A DNA stretch of 51,810 bases, the filler included, from Sphacelaria rigidula (Eukaryota), in NCBI GenBank assembly GCA_964200075.2. It is 4 parts of 4 records of this genome, joined end to end, with 100 filler letters (N's around TTAATTAATTAA, not from the genome) between each part and the next. Parts side by side here need not be neighbours in the genome. Positions count along the whole stretch, not along the records: positions 25,957 to 38,834 come from CAXNAA020003342.1; 3 more parts are not named here. The stretch is one strand, 5' to 3'. Numbering within the stretch: position 1 is the first letter of the stretch; the number at the start of each line of letters is the position of its first letter. Below, one piece after another: positions 26,031 to 38,934 of this stretch. The notes under the pieces are model-generated. The model made no database searches. It saw only the letters and a list, made by a program, of their open reading frames with translations, and was not told the DNA's origin. Position numbers and translations under genes: made by a program.

Positions 26031-29000
26031 CTTCAGCACATGCACGCCACGACCCTTCCACAAAGTGAACTCGAAGAACGCCCGATCCCATTGGTCGGTG
26101 ATATCGATGAGCTTCTCAGCGATAGAGAGCTGCTTGTCGGCACCTTCGCAAATCTGAAAAATATGAGTAGAATCCCGGAGGGATATCGATGGGGCGAGAG
26201 GGCGAGGAAACGCCGAAAATGATGACCACACTGGGGGAGGCAGGATGTTCGCCACCTTCTGTGGCATCGTTGCGTGGAATTCCGTCCGGTTGAGTAACGC
26301 GTATCGCATACCCTGCAAAAAGGGCTTGAGTTATTGGTATTGAGCACTCAGAAGTATATGCCCCACTGTGGCTATTTGATAAACAATGGAGGGAATGATA
26401 AACGATGGAGGGAATGAGCCAGAAATGTGTTGTCAAAATATAACGGAACGAACGTCGGAAACATTTGCCTCCACAGGGTGTTCCCCCCGGCAAAGGGTAA
26501 CGACCCACCTCCTCCACGTCGTCCTTAAAGCGCAAGATGGGGCTGTCCATGATGTCAGCAAGGGTGAAACTCTCGAGGTCATAGGGGAAAGACGTTTTGG
26601 CGATCGCCATGATTTCTTCCCAATGGCGTGGCATGACGCTCGGCTTGCGCAGATTCTCTATTAGTGGGAGAATTTCCTGGAAGTCCGAGATCTTGTTCAG
26701 CAGCACCTTAAACAACACGATTCGGAAATATCCGAGACGGATAGCTTCATGAACAGTAACTAATGGGAAGAAGACGATGATATTTTTCCAGATGCAGATC
26801 AATCTTGATGTTTCAATGAAAAATGCAAAATACGTACGATCTGGGATAGTGCACGAGGACCCAAGCATATCTGGTTCACTCAAGTAAGTAGTTGCATCAG
26901 CGCCGAACTCCTGCTTGACGCATAGATTTCGCGAAACGGCAGGGTCCCGGTACAATCTCGGATAAGCTTATGTTTCACGCATCTACCCACATATGCTGTA
27001 GCTGTCCATGAGCTGTCCCGGCGAGTGTTACACATGAGCAAGGACGACACTAGAGAATCTTACCTGGAAGGCTTCCCACTCTCTGAGCTTGCGAGGCATT
27101 TTTCTACAGCGGGAGTCGAAGGACGCTACCATCTCGGACATGGCTGCCAATTCATCTTCCGCAGATGTCCACAAAACCTCTCGGTACCTACGACCAGGGA
27201 AAATATGTTTTTGTGGGGCTTCAGCAGGACGCGTGATATATTATCATATCTCTTTACATTTGGTACATAGATTCAAACGGGAATCTCTGGATGAAACGGC
27301 TCGTAATTTCCCACATATCTCATGAAAGGACTCGAACCTAAGAAGTGCCCTTCTCGATGGAGGAGTCGTAGCCGTGTTCCAGATTCTGCTGGCGTTGCTT
27401 TGTTGGTCATGAGACACATTTCAATTTCGATGTAGGCACACGTCAATCTTGACCTGTTTAACGGATGCTTATCTCCACCACATACAGTGTACAGTAGTGG
27501 GCGGTCTAACTATTCAGGGGTGTTTGGGGGTTTTCCTCGCGTACTACTCTTCGATAAAACTGGAAACTGCTAGCGTCGGTAGATTTTGGTGTAATAAACA
27601 GATCATTCTTGAAATACAGTTCTCAAGTCAGTGTCAGTTGGTGTTATCGGGCGATACGAGTAAAATACCCGGTTGATCAGGAGGGTGATATTCAACGTGA
27701 AATAAATCGGCTCTAGTGCAAGGAGTAGGTAGAATTTCGAAAATTTAAAACTGCACATTTCGATTGACAGAAAATACCGAAGAATAAGAATCTGGGCTGA
27801 AACGTGGCAGGACACTCGATGACCGGTCAGCCCGTTAGTCACTCAATGTTGAGTACAGATGGTTTTCTTTCCTTGGAATGTGGAGCGGATACAGATTTCT
27901 TCGGATCCTCAATGTGATAAGCGATGGCAAGCGAAAACAGCCCAAGAAAATCGCCGAATACGAGAAAATCACGAAATGCCACAAAATGAAAAGTTAGACC
28001 GCCCACTACTGTGGCCATTTTAACGACTTACCGATTACGCAGCGAGCTTACGCCCCCACTCACCCGTCTTGTTCCGAGAATTCACGAGATACAATATTCT
28101 ACACCTCACCTTTCTAGGGTGTGAATGACGTCCATGTACAGTCCATAGAGCTGGTCCAACAGGCACATCTCTTTCTTCGTCTTGACCAGGTCGGGGTGTT
28201 GCGTGCTCCTTAGCGCGAACAGCTCCTCTCCCGCGGCGTACATCTCAGCCTACGAAACGGGGGAGCACACCGACCTCTTCAACATGTACTCGACTCTACA
28301 ACAAACTTGTGGCCACGAGCGACATCCACCCGTGGGTCGTTGAAAATTCAATTGCCGTACGACTTAGTGAACCGGGTTTATGGTAACGTTGCTGTCATTC
28401 CCCCATTCCACCTCCTGCCGGGGATGGTATCTCATGTCCGTTTCATCATGCAAACGATGAACAACAGGTTGTGACGGCGACGGATGCAGCACTCATCTTT
28501 AGCGACTATTCTAGCCCCGTTTTCCCCCGAGATCTTTCAACCTACTTTCGTCGAGGTAACCACGAGGGCGGCAGGGGTTGTAACTCAATCTCGACGATGG
28601 TTTCTAGAATCTACAGCGAGTCGTGTACTCAATTATGCTCCCTAACAATTGTCATAGCAGCAGTCTTGAGCACTGGCACAGGTTACTGCAATCAAACACG
28701 GCATTATGTCTCTTTAATATCATTAGTCGCCTAGCGGCGTTTCACAGTTGCTTGCGTTCAGATTCCGCCTCCTGTGATTGCGAGATAGAATTCTGGAAAT
28801 GAAGAACGAACGCCCGGTTCTCGTGGCACATCGTACACTCACCGACGTGAACCTTGAGGCATCGTCGTGAAAACATGCCCTCGACATGGCATTCATACTC
28901 CGCCACAACCCTCTCCACCGAACATGGGGGAAAATAAAAATTGAAGAAGAGAGACCGTCCCTCACCTTCCGCTCTCGCAGCTGCATCTCTTCCTTGAACC

Positions 29001-32000
29001 TGCGCAGTCTCTCGACAGCTTCCAACGGTGAAATCCCCTGCACCATGGGACCTGATGCTTCCCACTCATTACGGAACTTTGCCACGTCCTCTTTCAGCTC
29101 CTGAAATAAGGCATATCGGATGAAAAATACATTGACGTCTATCATGAGACCACGGGAGATCAGTCAGGGTGCGGCAATCGATCAATCAACCAACCAATGA
29201 CGCCGTGGGAGAGTAGAGGGACACGCTAGCGTGTTGTTTACGAAAAGGCAACAAAATAATACGATGCGTACAAGAGTCTGTCTTTTTCTGTTCCATTATT
29301 TTATTTTTTATTTTTATTATTCTGTTCTATTTTTGCTGCTCCTGACCACGAGCGGGATTGCTGCAATCAGCTAATGTGAGATAATCCATCAATCAATCAA
29401 TCAAGAGAACATGCGCTAGAGTTAATTGATCGATGACATGCCACAAAAAAAGCGGCGTTTGCTCAGGCACAACAATCATGTAACGGATCTCACACACCTT
29501 CACGTTCCTGATGAGTTGCTTCTTGTACTTGCCCTGCACACTCTGGAGGTTATGGGTTACGCGTTCGCAAGCCTCCAGTAGCTTTCTCCACGTCAAGCGG
29601 ATGATGCTCTTTTGGTCAATTTCTTCCTGCGTATGTTGCTGTCGGTGAACGACGAACAAAGGTGAAGGATGGCCGCATTACCGCAGGAAGAAGAAAATCA
29701 CTTTCATCGCGGGGTTTGGTCATATTCTATGTCGTCATAACCTCTTTGATGTGCTCAGTGAGTGCGCGCGTGCCTGTGTCGACTTGCCCTCTCACCGAAG
29801 GGACAGAGTGTGTGAGAATTGTCTTCGCAGCTTACCGTACTGATTGTCTTCGAAGAGTGCTGCAAATAGTGTTCACAATCGCCTTTGGCGGGGACACAAA
29901 ACGACTGCCAACACTTGGCTCAGCAATCCACAGGTTCAATACTCTCATCGAACAAAGTGTGCGAGCAGATCTGAGGTTCTCGGCGTGTGCCAGTCAGTAC
30001 ATGTTTCCCTAAACTCTGCTCCATTTTGATAATTGAACAAGGTCTCGAACGATGGGGATTCTGCGGTAGTGCCGCAAAGTCGTACATACCGTATCCAACT
30101 GCTGCACGGAAAATACTTCTTTTCCGTTTGAATATCAAGGTGTTCCCTCTGAAACAAAGGGAGGCAGTACTGTGCACGGCGCAAACAGGGCGGCAAAGAC
30201 ACCAGGGGCAGGTTCCTCTCCTGATGCACAACGCTAGCTCTGACCTTGCCGGCAAGCCCTCCTGGTAAGTAATGTTCCAGCATCTGGTACATGTCCAGGA
30301 TGGGAGTAATCTCCATCTCGATGCTAGATTCCCTTTCACGAACCTGCGATGAAGACCGCGGTCGACGTCACACAAATGTCCGTTTTTGAAAACACACTCT
30401 AGTTTTCGCAAGCTCTCGAAAACATTATTTCCCTTTCGGCCTGTGTGTTCCTTCATTTGCTTAGCTGCGTCCAACGTGCGCCGGCAGCTTTTTTCAGACA
30501 CTAGGTACAAGTTGGTCGGCGACGCGCGCGAGGCTGTACTAAATGCCGGTGGGGAACACATGCAGGCCTTCAGTCAAACCGAGTGGAAAATACTCGCAGA
30601 TTAGTCGACAATCCGAAATGCATCAAACGTCAAAATGAACGGTGCTGTGCGCAATTTCGGGGAGAAATGCGCATTCGACAGTGTGGCCTCCGAGTGGCGT
30701 GTTGTATTCCGATACCGTGCCCCCAAGTTGAGGTTTAGCATCGTCGTGGAGAGGAACTTCCGTCAGTAAAGCATCGTAGTTTACAAGATCTGCGACACAT
30801 CCAATGACGATCATTTTGAAACCGAAAACAAGTCAGCCGGTGGTGGCACTTTCTCAGGGGTCGAGCTGTTTGAGGAATCTCTTGCAATGAGACGTGTGAT
30901 GGATCGCGAATTGATCATTTCCGCGATGATATCGTAACCGCCGCGCCCCCGTTGGACCAAATTATGACGGTACAACTGAAGATCGTTTGGACGGAAAATT
31001 GAGGGTTCAAACCTGGCAGATGACGTTGGGAGGGTTTGCTGGCGAGTATATGATTTCTGTCTTTGGAAACGCCAGGATGTCAGTAGTAATTGCAGAATGT
31101 TTTCGCGATAATCGATGCGGTGAGGAGTACTCATCCAATCCGCGATGCCAAACTGTGAAGGTGTGTACCGGGGCAGGTATGGGTTAATCGCTTCGATACC
31201 ACGGACTGGTCCTGAGGAAGGAGAAGGCTTGAAGATGTGACGAACGTTCATACATGTATACATGGTAATATCTTCGGTTGTGGTGTTCCAGGCGGGGGGG
31301 ACTATGCGAACACGAAATTGTGAGCCTGATGTACTTACAAGTACCGCGGATATCACCACGCCGCAACATTATCTTTGGGCAATTGATTGCCCACGGAAAT
31401 ATTAGCCCTAAGAAAAGCGGTGCGCGGAAGTGAGTTTGGTTAACCCTGAGAACCTACCGACCGTTGCGCGCGCATTTTTTGCACCTCTTTCAAGACGTTC
31501 ATGACATATCTCAGAGAATCCAGTCCATCGACTTCAACGTTGATTCGAGTAGTGGTGACCCGAATGTAGTCCATCAGAGCGGTAAGGCTCTCGCGGGCCT
31601 GACAGTGAACCTGGTTAAGGTATTGCGTTTGCGCAGACGAGTAGAATGAGTAATAGCGAGGAGAGCAAAGCCTGGGTTTGGTTATTTCGTTGTACCTTTT
31701 CTGATAAAGATATCATGTTCGGACCCCGGTCGCCCGTCCGTGTTGCAGTGCTGCTTGTGTCAACTACTTTTAAAGCGGCCGCAATCAACGATTTATGAAC
31801 CGCGTGTTCTGGGACTCTGGGGGGTATGCAGCGGACGGGGTACATACACACATATGTTTGAAAACGACTGCCGTGCATCGTCTGTGTTGTCGAGATCACG
31901 AAACGCAGCCGGACGGCCAAAACCGACGCTGCACAAAAGGCATGTGCGTGGTAGCTGGTGAGCTCTGGCACTAGACTACTTCAACCAGCGAAACGTAGGC

Positions 32001-34689
32001 GCAAAGATGATGCAATGCAAACGCATATGCTTTGAATGTCGTCTGAGAGCTAGGTTTTCGACAGTCGGTGAAAAAAATAGGACCAAATTCAAATATGTAA
32101 CTCATTCAGTACAAGATACACTTACATCTGACAGCTCTAGTGCGTCACGGTATAGCACGATATATTCAACGCGTCGAACGTACGCACAAACGCCATTGCA
32201 TAAATAAACCACGGCGTATCGCTTTCGAGTCTACCGCCTTATCGCCCTGAGCGTTGCTTACGTACGTCAGCTTCCACTGAGAAGATCCAGTGCGTGAATC
32301 GAACGTCTAGGTGCCGCAACCGCCAAAAATACCCATAAATACGGAAACAATAATTGTGGTGTACCTTATTCGAGTATTGGATTTTCCATTGGCGGGATTC
32401 GCTCCCCAGCTGAAGCTTGAGATTGGACGTGTTGAGCGACAGCGGGCCAATGTTGTGAATGGTAGGGATCGCGTCGATCTCGCTCTCTATGTCCATAAAT
32501 TTCGCGAGCTCCGCCTGTGGGGCATTCGATTGTTTCACGGTAGTTGTTGCAGTAACCGAAACCTATTGTACTCGCTCCGTGAAGACTCATACTGTAGTAG
32601 TACAGCAGTGCAGGTGGCAATACGTCTTGGCGCTGGACAACCCGAACAAGGACGCTATATACGCTGTACACAGACTGCCGTCCAACAATAGCGTTGATCC
32701 AGGGCATTCAGGATTGTTGATGTACGCAAACAACGTATGCGGTGGGAGATACTGGCAATGAAGAAGGATTGAATGCCCACCGCCGTCTCCTTTTCACAGG
32801 GCAGAATTATTATCAACAAATGCAATGCAACTGTGAGACATACTCTATTATACAGCCGATTCAGTTCGGAATAGGCCGTCGAAGCTGCAGCCAACATCCT
32901 CGCCACAGGGCCGGTCACACATAGGTAAGGTACGGTGGTTTGGCCGATTACCTCATAGTCGCTGATAGCAGGGTTTGATGACGCAAATCGCTTGTATTGA
33001 ACGTCCTTGTCTTCTTTCCACAGCCAATCGTACTTGCGGAATCCCAACAGGTACGCGTAGACCTGATTAGTGTGGACATTGATAGAACGTTTGCACATCG
33101 GGTGTCTGGGGGTCAAAACGGACAGTGACAACGCACGTGACGATGAAGACACACACATATATGTATATATATATATATGACATATATATGACATATATAT
33201 ATACATATATGTCTTAACATGTGCAGTTCGGGAAGCCTTACGAATCGACGCGCGTCACCGCCAGCGACATCTTAAAACCGACGAAAATCTTGTACACCAT
33301 CGGAGTCGCACACAGCGTACATGTATGCCGTGGGCAAATCCACGATAAGTCGGGGGTAGGTGTATATTGATTGATTGGTTGATTGATTGATTGATTCGTT
33401 GGTTGGTCGGTTGGTCGGTTGATTGGTGGATTCATCAATTGATTCATTGATTCATTAATTGATTGACTGATTGATTGGCTTATTGATTGTCGCACATGAA
33501 CGGATCCCCGAGGAGTCATGATCCAGCCGTGGTTATTATCCAACGTGGATATAGTTTATGTAAACCTCGTTAATCTCCACTGGCCCTACGATAATTCCTT
33601 GGTGTGCGTTCACCGCGCAGACTGATGCCGTTTGCTATCAGCGACCGGTACTTCAAGCCATCCGCATCAATATCGTCGACTGGTGTCCGCGACACATAGA
33701 AGTCCACATATGGGACACGTAGAGGGTACAATAGGGAATCCATCACGAGGTACTGCAGTGGCGAGCCGGAAAGGTGCCCAACGTGTGGCCGGTACTGTAC
33801 CTCAGATGGGAACAGCCATCCAATAGTACAGCCACGAGATTGGTTTGATGTGATTGATTGGTTGGTTGGTTGGTTGGATGTGATTGATCCAATCGATTGC
33901 TTGACTTTGCTGCACATATATTGATCCCCCGAAGGACCAGATTCAGTCCTGGTTACTATCCGCAACATAGACGTACTCAAGGTGAGCAAAAAAGAAACAA
34001 TCGCTGAATGAAACTCGACAAAACGATAAGGCAAAGAAAAGAAGAAAAACAAATTATATAACAAATGCGGTAAACAGACCAAAGCCGATTGAGAAACAAT
34101 ACAGAAAACCTTGAATGGGGAAAGAAACGAAACGAAACGAAACGAAACGAAACGAAACGAAACGAAAGTAAAGGGGAACTATAACATAAACGGTCAATCC
34201 CGGCAAAACATAATGATGATAGCAGCAGCAGCAGCAGCAGCAGCAGCAATAACAAACAACAACGAACATCAACAAACAACAACAAAAAGTCTGATTAACC
34301 AACCGCAGTAGAGCCACAAGATGACATACACACGCGCCGTTCAAAATTCAATGCCCCACGTAACGTCAATACAACTATACCGTACGTCGTGATACTGTAT
34401 AGCTAGGCTACGTATACATGTAGCTGGTTTCATGTAAGACATCATCCAAGTAGTAGTCCAGGCTTGCCATAGAGGTAGCTGGCCTCATTTCATGTGCCAG
34501 CATCACGTCGTCATATGGGCCACCGTACGTGCATTTGTTCTTGCCTGATTGGTGGTGCTGTACAGCGCCCCAGTGAGCAACAGCACCGTCTTGATAATTT
34601 CGAGGTCGCAACCCAGAGCCTCGAAGACCGTGAGCCTCTCTGACTCAGGGACATCAACGTCCCCCCAATCCTGCATGCGTTTGGCGCAC
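26031..34689 (-). CDS. Axonemal dynein heavy chain, outer-arm DNAH5/DNAH8 (gamma)-like; partial, 11 internal exons covering tail and start of DHC_N2 (~490 aa)
   Basis: Exons (minus): 34689-34545, 33062-32952, 32514-32365, 31610-31485, 30343-30245, 29626-29498, 29100-28966, 28249-28110, 27187-27064, 26706-26509, 26153-26031; phases consistent. Peptides FRKYDWLWKED, GPMVQGISPLEAVERLRRF, GEELFAL, LLDQLYGLY, RCRKMPRKLREWEAF, RHWEEI, FTLADIMDSPILRFKDDVEEIC and WKGRG match the DNAH5-class pattern as I recall it. Confidence 0.92.
30946..31020 (+). repeat. Degenerate tRNA-derived SINE-like head (dynein intron)
   Basis: ACAACTGAAGATCGTTTGGACGGAAAATTGAGGGTTCAAACC aligns to ACAACGGAAGGCCGTCAGGGCGGAAGATTGGGGTTCCGAACC at 13441-13510. 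Confidence 0.45.
34123..34250. repeat. Microsatellites (GAAAC)n and (GCA)n in a dynein intron
   Basis: Direct reading of the tandem units. Confidence 0.9.
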
Positions 34690-35699
34690 CTGAAGAGCGG
34701 CAAACACGAAGACGCAATCGACAGGCAAAACCAGTATGAGGATGTCTCGAGTATGTTTTACCTTACTGTGCTCTTACAGTTCTACGATTCCACGGTTGAC
34801 GTCATCGATATTCTCTGCTTCCTCTTTTCACTTCTTTGGGGGCTCCAAACCACCGCGCCATGGTAGCTGTGGCACAATTGGAGAGCGCACCTCTGGGATG
34901 AACTTCGCCATCGAAGCACCAACGGTGGTGGACCCGTGCTAAGATGCCATAGCTGACTGATTGATTGATTGATTCATTAATTCTTTCATTGTCGCACGTT
35001 AAACGGATCCTCTAAGAGTCATGATCCAGCGGTGGTCAGTATCCACAAGATAGACGTACCCAAGATAAAAACAAAACGAAACGTTCTGAAGAAAAGTGAA
35101 CATGACGCAAAAAAAGAACAGATAAAACAGCGTAGGCTACGAAACAAAAAAAAAGAAGTGGAAATGGTCGGCCTCTGCACCATGACTCCTGTGGAAAAGG
35201 TTTGCGCAAAACACACACACAATCATACCCAATCGAGAACCAAAAGCCGTGGGAACAAACTGTGGCTTCTCTATTTTGACCGCACCATTTTGGGTATGAA
35301 GCGCTCATCCATGAACTCTACGGAAGTGAGGCACCATAAAACTGCTGCTTGCATACGCCGGGAGGAAACCCATTCACACAGAGAGTGCGCGCGCGGGGGG
35401 GGGGCAGACACAGACGAGGGGAAAGAACGAGAGAACAGAGAAGGACGAAACTACAGAAGTGATGAAGCCCAAAGGACACAATACAATAGGGCAGGTACAA
35501 ACGCAAACCAGGCAGCACCGCAAAAAACACCGACCAAGGACAAAATCAGCAACCGATAGGAAAAGACAGGGGTCCATCCGTTTCTAGTGTTGGCCCAGCT
35601 TCTCGCATTTACCCCCAGTCGGGTACAAAGCGGGTCATTCTCTTGGTCATTTCCATCTTAGAGTCCTCGCGAGCTATTGCCGCTGATGCACTTCAGGTG

Positions 35700-36420
35700 G
35701 CAATTCTTCGAGTAGCGGCTTTAGGCGCAACAGCCTCTCGTCTGCGCCGGCGGTCCGATTCTCGTTTGTCTTCGTGTCGGCACGTGTTGATGACTTTTTC
35801 CGCCCCTTCCTCGATTCCAATATGCCATTGGGTCATGTTCTTCGCCACAGTGACCCATCGTGCGCGTCGTTAAGCTCTATAGTGCACAATGGACGCACCG
35901 TTTCTGTCGTGTTTCTTTTCGTGGAAGAGTCTCTAGTGCCCGTAGGGTCTCCTGAAGGTTGCCTCCACAGTGTTTGGGGGTGGGGCAACGTCCTCGGGCC
36001 CTTGGGCGGCCAACCGGCCGTGCATATTGCGTTTGAGGAAACGTGTCTCATTCTGCCGGAAAAGGGCCCTCGCAAAGCAGAGCCGACGCTAGCGAATCTC
36101 GAGCACAGCTCTGTACGAAAGAGTTTTGTAGCGCATTCGATCTTTCCTGCGGAATCCAACCACTCGTAGCTGAAGCCTGTGATGGAAAATGCGCAGACTG
36201 TTGGAGTCCTCGGAAAGTAACGTCCATGTGGCACATCGGTACAACAGAGCGTCCTCCACCACTGCTGTAAGCAGCCGAACTTCCAGGGATAGCTGGGCGA
36301 TGGGTCGATCACAGAGTTGGGAACTATACTTTCGGAGACGCACCCACGCCATGCTGATGCGGCGGTTGATTTCGATGAAAACATTTGGCATGTGCGCTGA
36401 CAGCACCACTAAAAGTGGAC
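35700..36420 (-). mobile_element. Degenerate 5'-truncated RTE-clade LINE (C-terminal part of RT ORF), probably intronic in the dynein gene
   Basis: Minus frame EINRRISMAWVRLRKYSSQLCDRPIAQLSLEVRLLTAVVEDALLYRCATWTL...LRIFHHRLQLRVVGFRRK...LSYRAVL*RRLCFA matches the RTE post-RT pattern (RRIxxAW, LLYGCxTW, LRxxHH). Interrupted by stops and frameshifts; boundaries approximate. Confidence 0.8.
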
Positions 36421-36628
36421 GAAGCTGCCGTCTGCTCATGCCGTTGACCGGCCGCGCTGATGTCCAGGGCGATCTTTGTGGAGCTCTATACTGACCACAG
36501 CCGCATGGACTCCGTCTTGCTCCCGGTAGTGACAACCAAAACGTCTTCCTCATTCGTAGTCTCACCCTGAGCCAGCTCAACGGAAGCACCGCCCTCCTAT
36601 GGGTTTCGGTATATTGTATGCTGCAAAC

Positions 36629-38436
36629 AGCCGATCATCCAAATCGAGGATGGAGCTTTTCATTGAGGATGATAACCCGGAAAATTAAAATCTTCGTATG
36701 CACACCAGATCCTCGAAGTGTGGTCGCATTCCTTCACCTCTTGGTAGCTCTTGACAACTACCACGCTCGTAAGCAATTGGATTCCGATAACCGAAATGTT
36801 GGGGTGCTAGGTGAAGGAACAAGTCTAGGGAATCCAGGTGATCAAAACCGACCGCCAGAATTTCCCAGAATCGTTTCTTCATAGGGCTGTGAACTGGACC
36901 AGTTCGCACTGGCAGTTTAATTGGAACAGGAGATTAGCTGGAACTGGTGAGGAGGACTCCAGTTTATCCTGTTTATTTTAAGTTTGCCGTTACCGGGTAT
37001 GTTTATGCCCTTTTTAGTATTGTGAGTGTATAGCAAAGATATTTACATGGTTACGAACAAAATGATAGTAGGATTGGGGTCTGCACCTGACAACAGTACA
37101 GGTACAGACAGCACAGTACAGTATTCGTGGCCACTACACCTCGAGGTGAAATTGCGGATATATGCCAGGTTTGTCGCTTCATAGCACGACACTTGGAATA
37201 AAAAAAATAGCAAACAAACGGTAATCCGCGACCACAAAATACAAAGTATATCATGGCTTGCTATTCAACTGCATGCATGCTTGTGAGTCCGGACGTCAAT
37301 CATTTTGCGCTCTTATCTCCGCGTGCTGCCAGCCTTGGCTTGTTTGTATCTTCCTCTCCTCACGGAGAGTCTGCCGCTGGATATTACAGATGAATGATGT
37401 TCGAATCGCTCACCGCTTTGAATGGGATTTGAATGTCATCCGGGAGAGCCCAGAAAAAACAATCCGAGACTTTATGCCCCTTTTTTGAATCCTGGAGTTT
37501 TTCGAGGGAGGGGGGGGGTTCCTGAATCCCATGCATAATTTACAAGAATGACAAAAATAAGAAAATATAATGAAATGAAATGAAATGAAAAGCTAAAACC
37601 CGTGTTATTGAAGCTTTAATTCTTCGCATACCTTCGGAGCCAACTAAGGCCAAGTAATATAAATTTGATGGGTTTCGGCAATGCATTGCTCATGACACTT
37701 CCACGACAAGAACAAGACCAAACAAATACCACAATGCTCTGCAATGCTCGCTGAATCAAGCTAAGCGCATCTATCTGCACCGTCAATTCGCGTCCAATGT
37801 GCGTCGCATCTTGTGGTGGCAGATAGGGCCAACAATCATGGGCGCTACCTCACCCAAGTCACCCCAAGATGGCTATTTATTGAGTGTTTTTAAATGTGAA
37901 AAAAACAGAACTACGACCGCCGGAGAAGGGGGTACATACTGTAGGATCTCGGAGTTTGTTTTGGGGTACTCCTGTGTCATCTAAGCCTTTTATTTAGCTC
38001 CTCAATGTGAGGGGTCTCATTTTCTGTGATTTTCCACATTTTTGTTTAAGGAAAAACTAGCTAAATAACGCGAATTTTCTCGCCTCCGGCGGAGCTCCCG
38101 CGGGGCCCCCTCACCAGCCGGGGGGGATCGTTGGCGGCTCGCGGCTTCGCCGCGAGCCGCCGATTAATTGGAAAACAATCGATGTACTGGCCGCTGGCGC
38201 GGCCGGTTTGAACTTGACAGGCCAGAGCAGCCAGTTCACAGCCCTATTCCTTCACCTAGGACCCGGACATTTCGATTCACGAAATCCAAAATTATATGGC
38301 GAATAGTAGTTGCCAACAGCTACCATAAGGTGAAGGAAAACAACCATATTTCGATAAATGTTGAGGGTACGAATTTTTAATTTTCCGGGTTATCATCCTC
38401 ACTAAAAAGCTCCATCCTCAATTTTGATGATCGGCT
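36629..38436. repeat. Pair of inverted repeat copies (~36629-36900 and ~38230-38436) enclosing ~1.3 kb
   Basis: AGCCGATCATCxAAATxGAGGATGGAGCTTTT...GAGGATGATAACCCGGAAAATTAAAA and CTAGGTGAAGGAA...ATAGGGCTGTGAACTGG are present in opposite orientations. Confidence 0.75.
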
Positions 38437-38834
38437 CCTTGCAGTACTCTGTGCTGTAGGTAATGCGAGGTGGAGGGTGGTGGCGACATAAACAGAACAA
38501 CCCACCTCATAGTTGGCCTGGGTCCGTGAAAAAAACAGCTTGTTAGCGGGGGTCCGCAAAATAGGTGGGTGATGACGGAAAAAAACGGAACCCGCCTAAT
38601 TGAGGAAAATAGTGTGAAGAGCCAAAAACGCCCATCTTATGGATGGTCCCGCAAAATTATGGGGGGGGCGGGGGGGGCGTACTCATTTGTTGCTTGCCTT
38701 AGTCGTGTGACCATTGACCACGTATCCCTTTCGAGACGGAGCACCGTTCCGTTCCTACTCCTAACAGAGACACCTCCAACATTCTGGCGCTCATTACGTT
38801 TCTTCCGCAGCTCATTACATTTCTTCCATCCATT

Positions 38835-38934
38835 NNNNNNNNNNNNNNNNNNNNNNNNNNNNNNNNNNNNNNNNNNNNTTAATTAATTAANNNNNNNNNN
38901 NNNNNNNNNNNNNNNNNNNNNNNNNNNNNNNNNN
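38835..38934. other. Artificial 100-nt spacer
   Basis: Ns with central TTAATTAATTAA. Confidence 0.97.

Noticed and set aside
26116-26955. 279-aa ORF as a standalone gene
   Set aside because: Only 26706-26509 is dynein exon; the rest is intron read-through.
15009-34689. Dynein-methyltransferase fusion or same-strand gene cluster
   Set aside because: The two genes are separated by an artificial spacer and lie on different segments.
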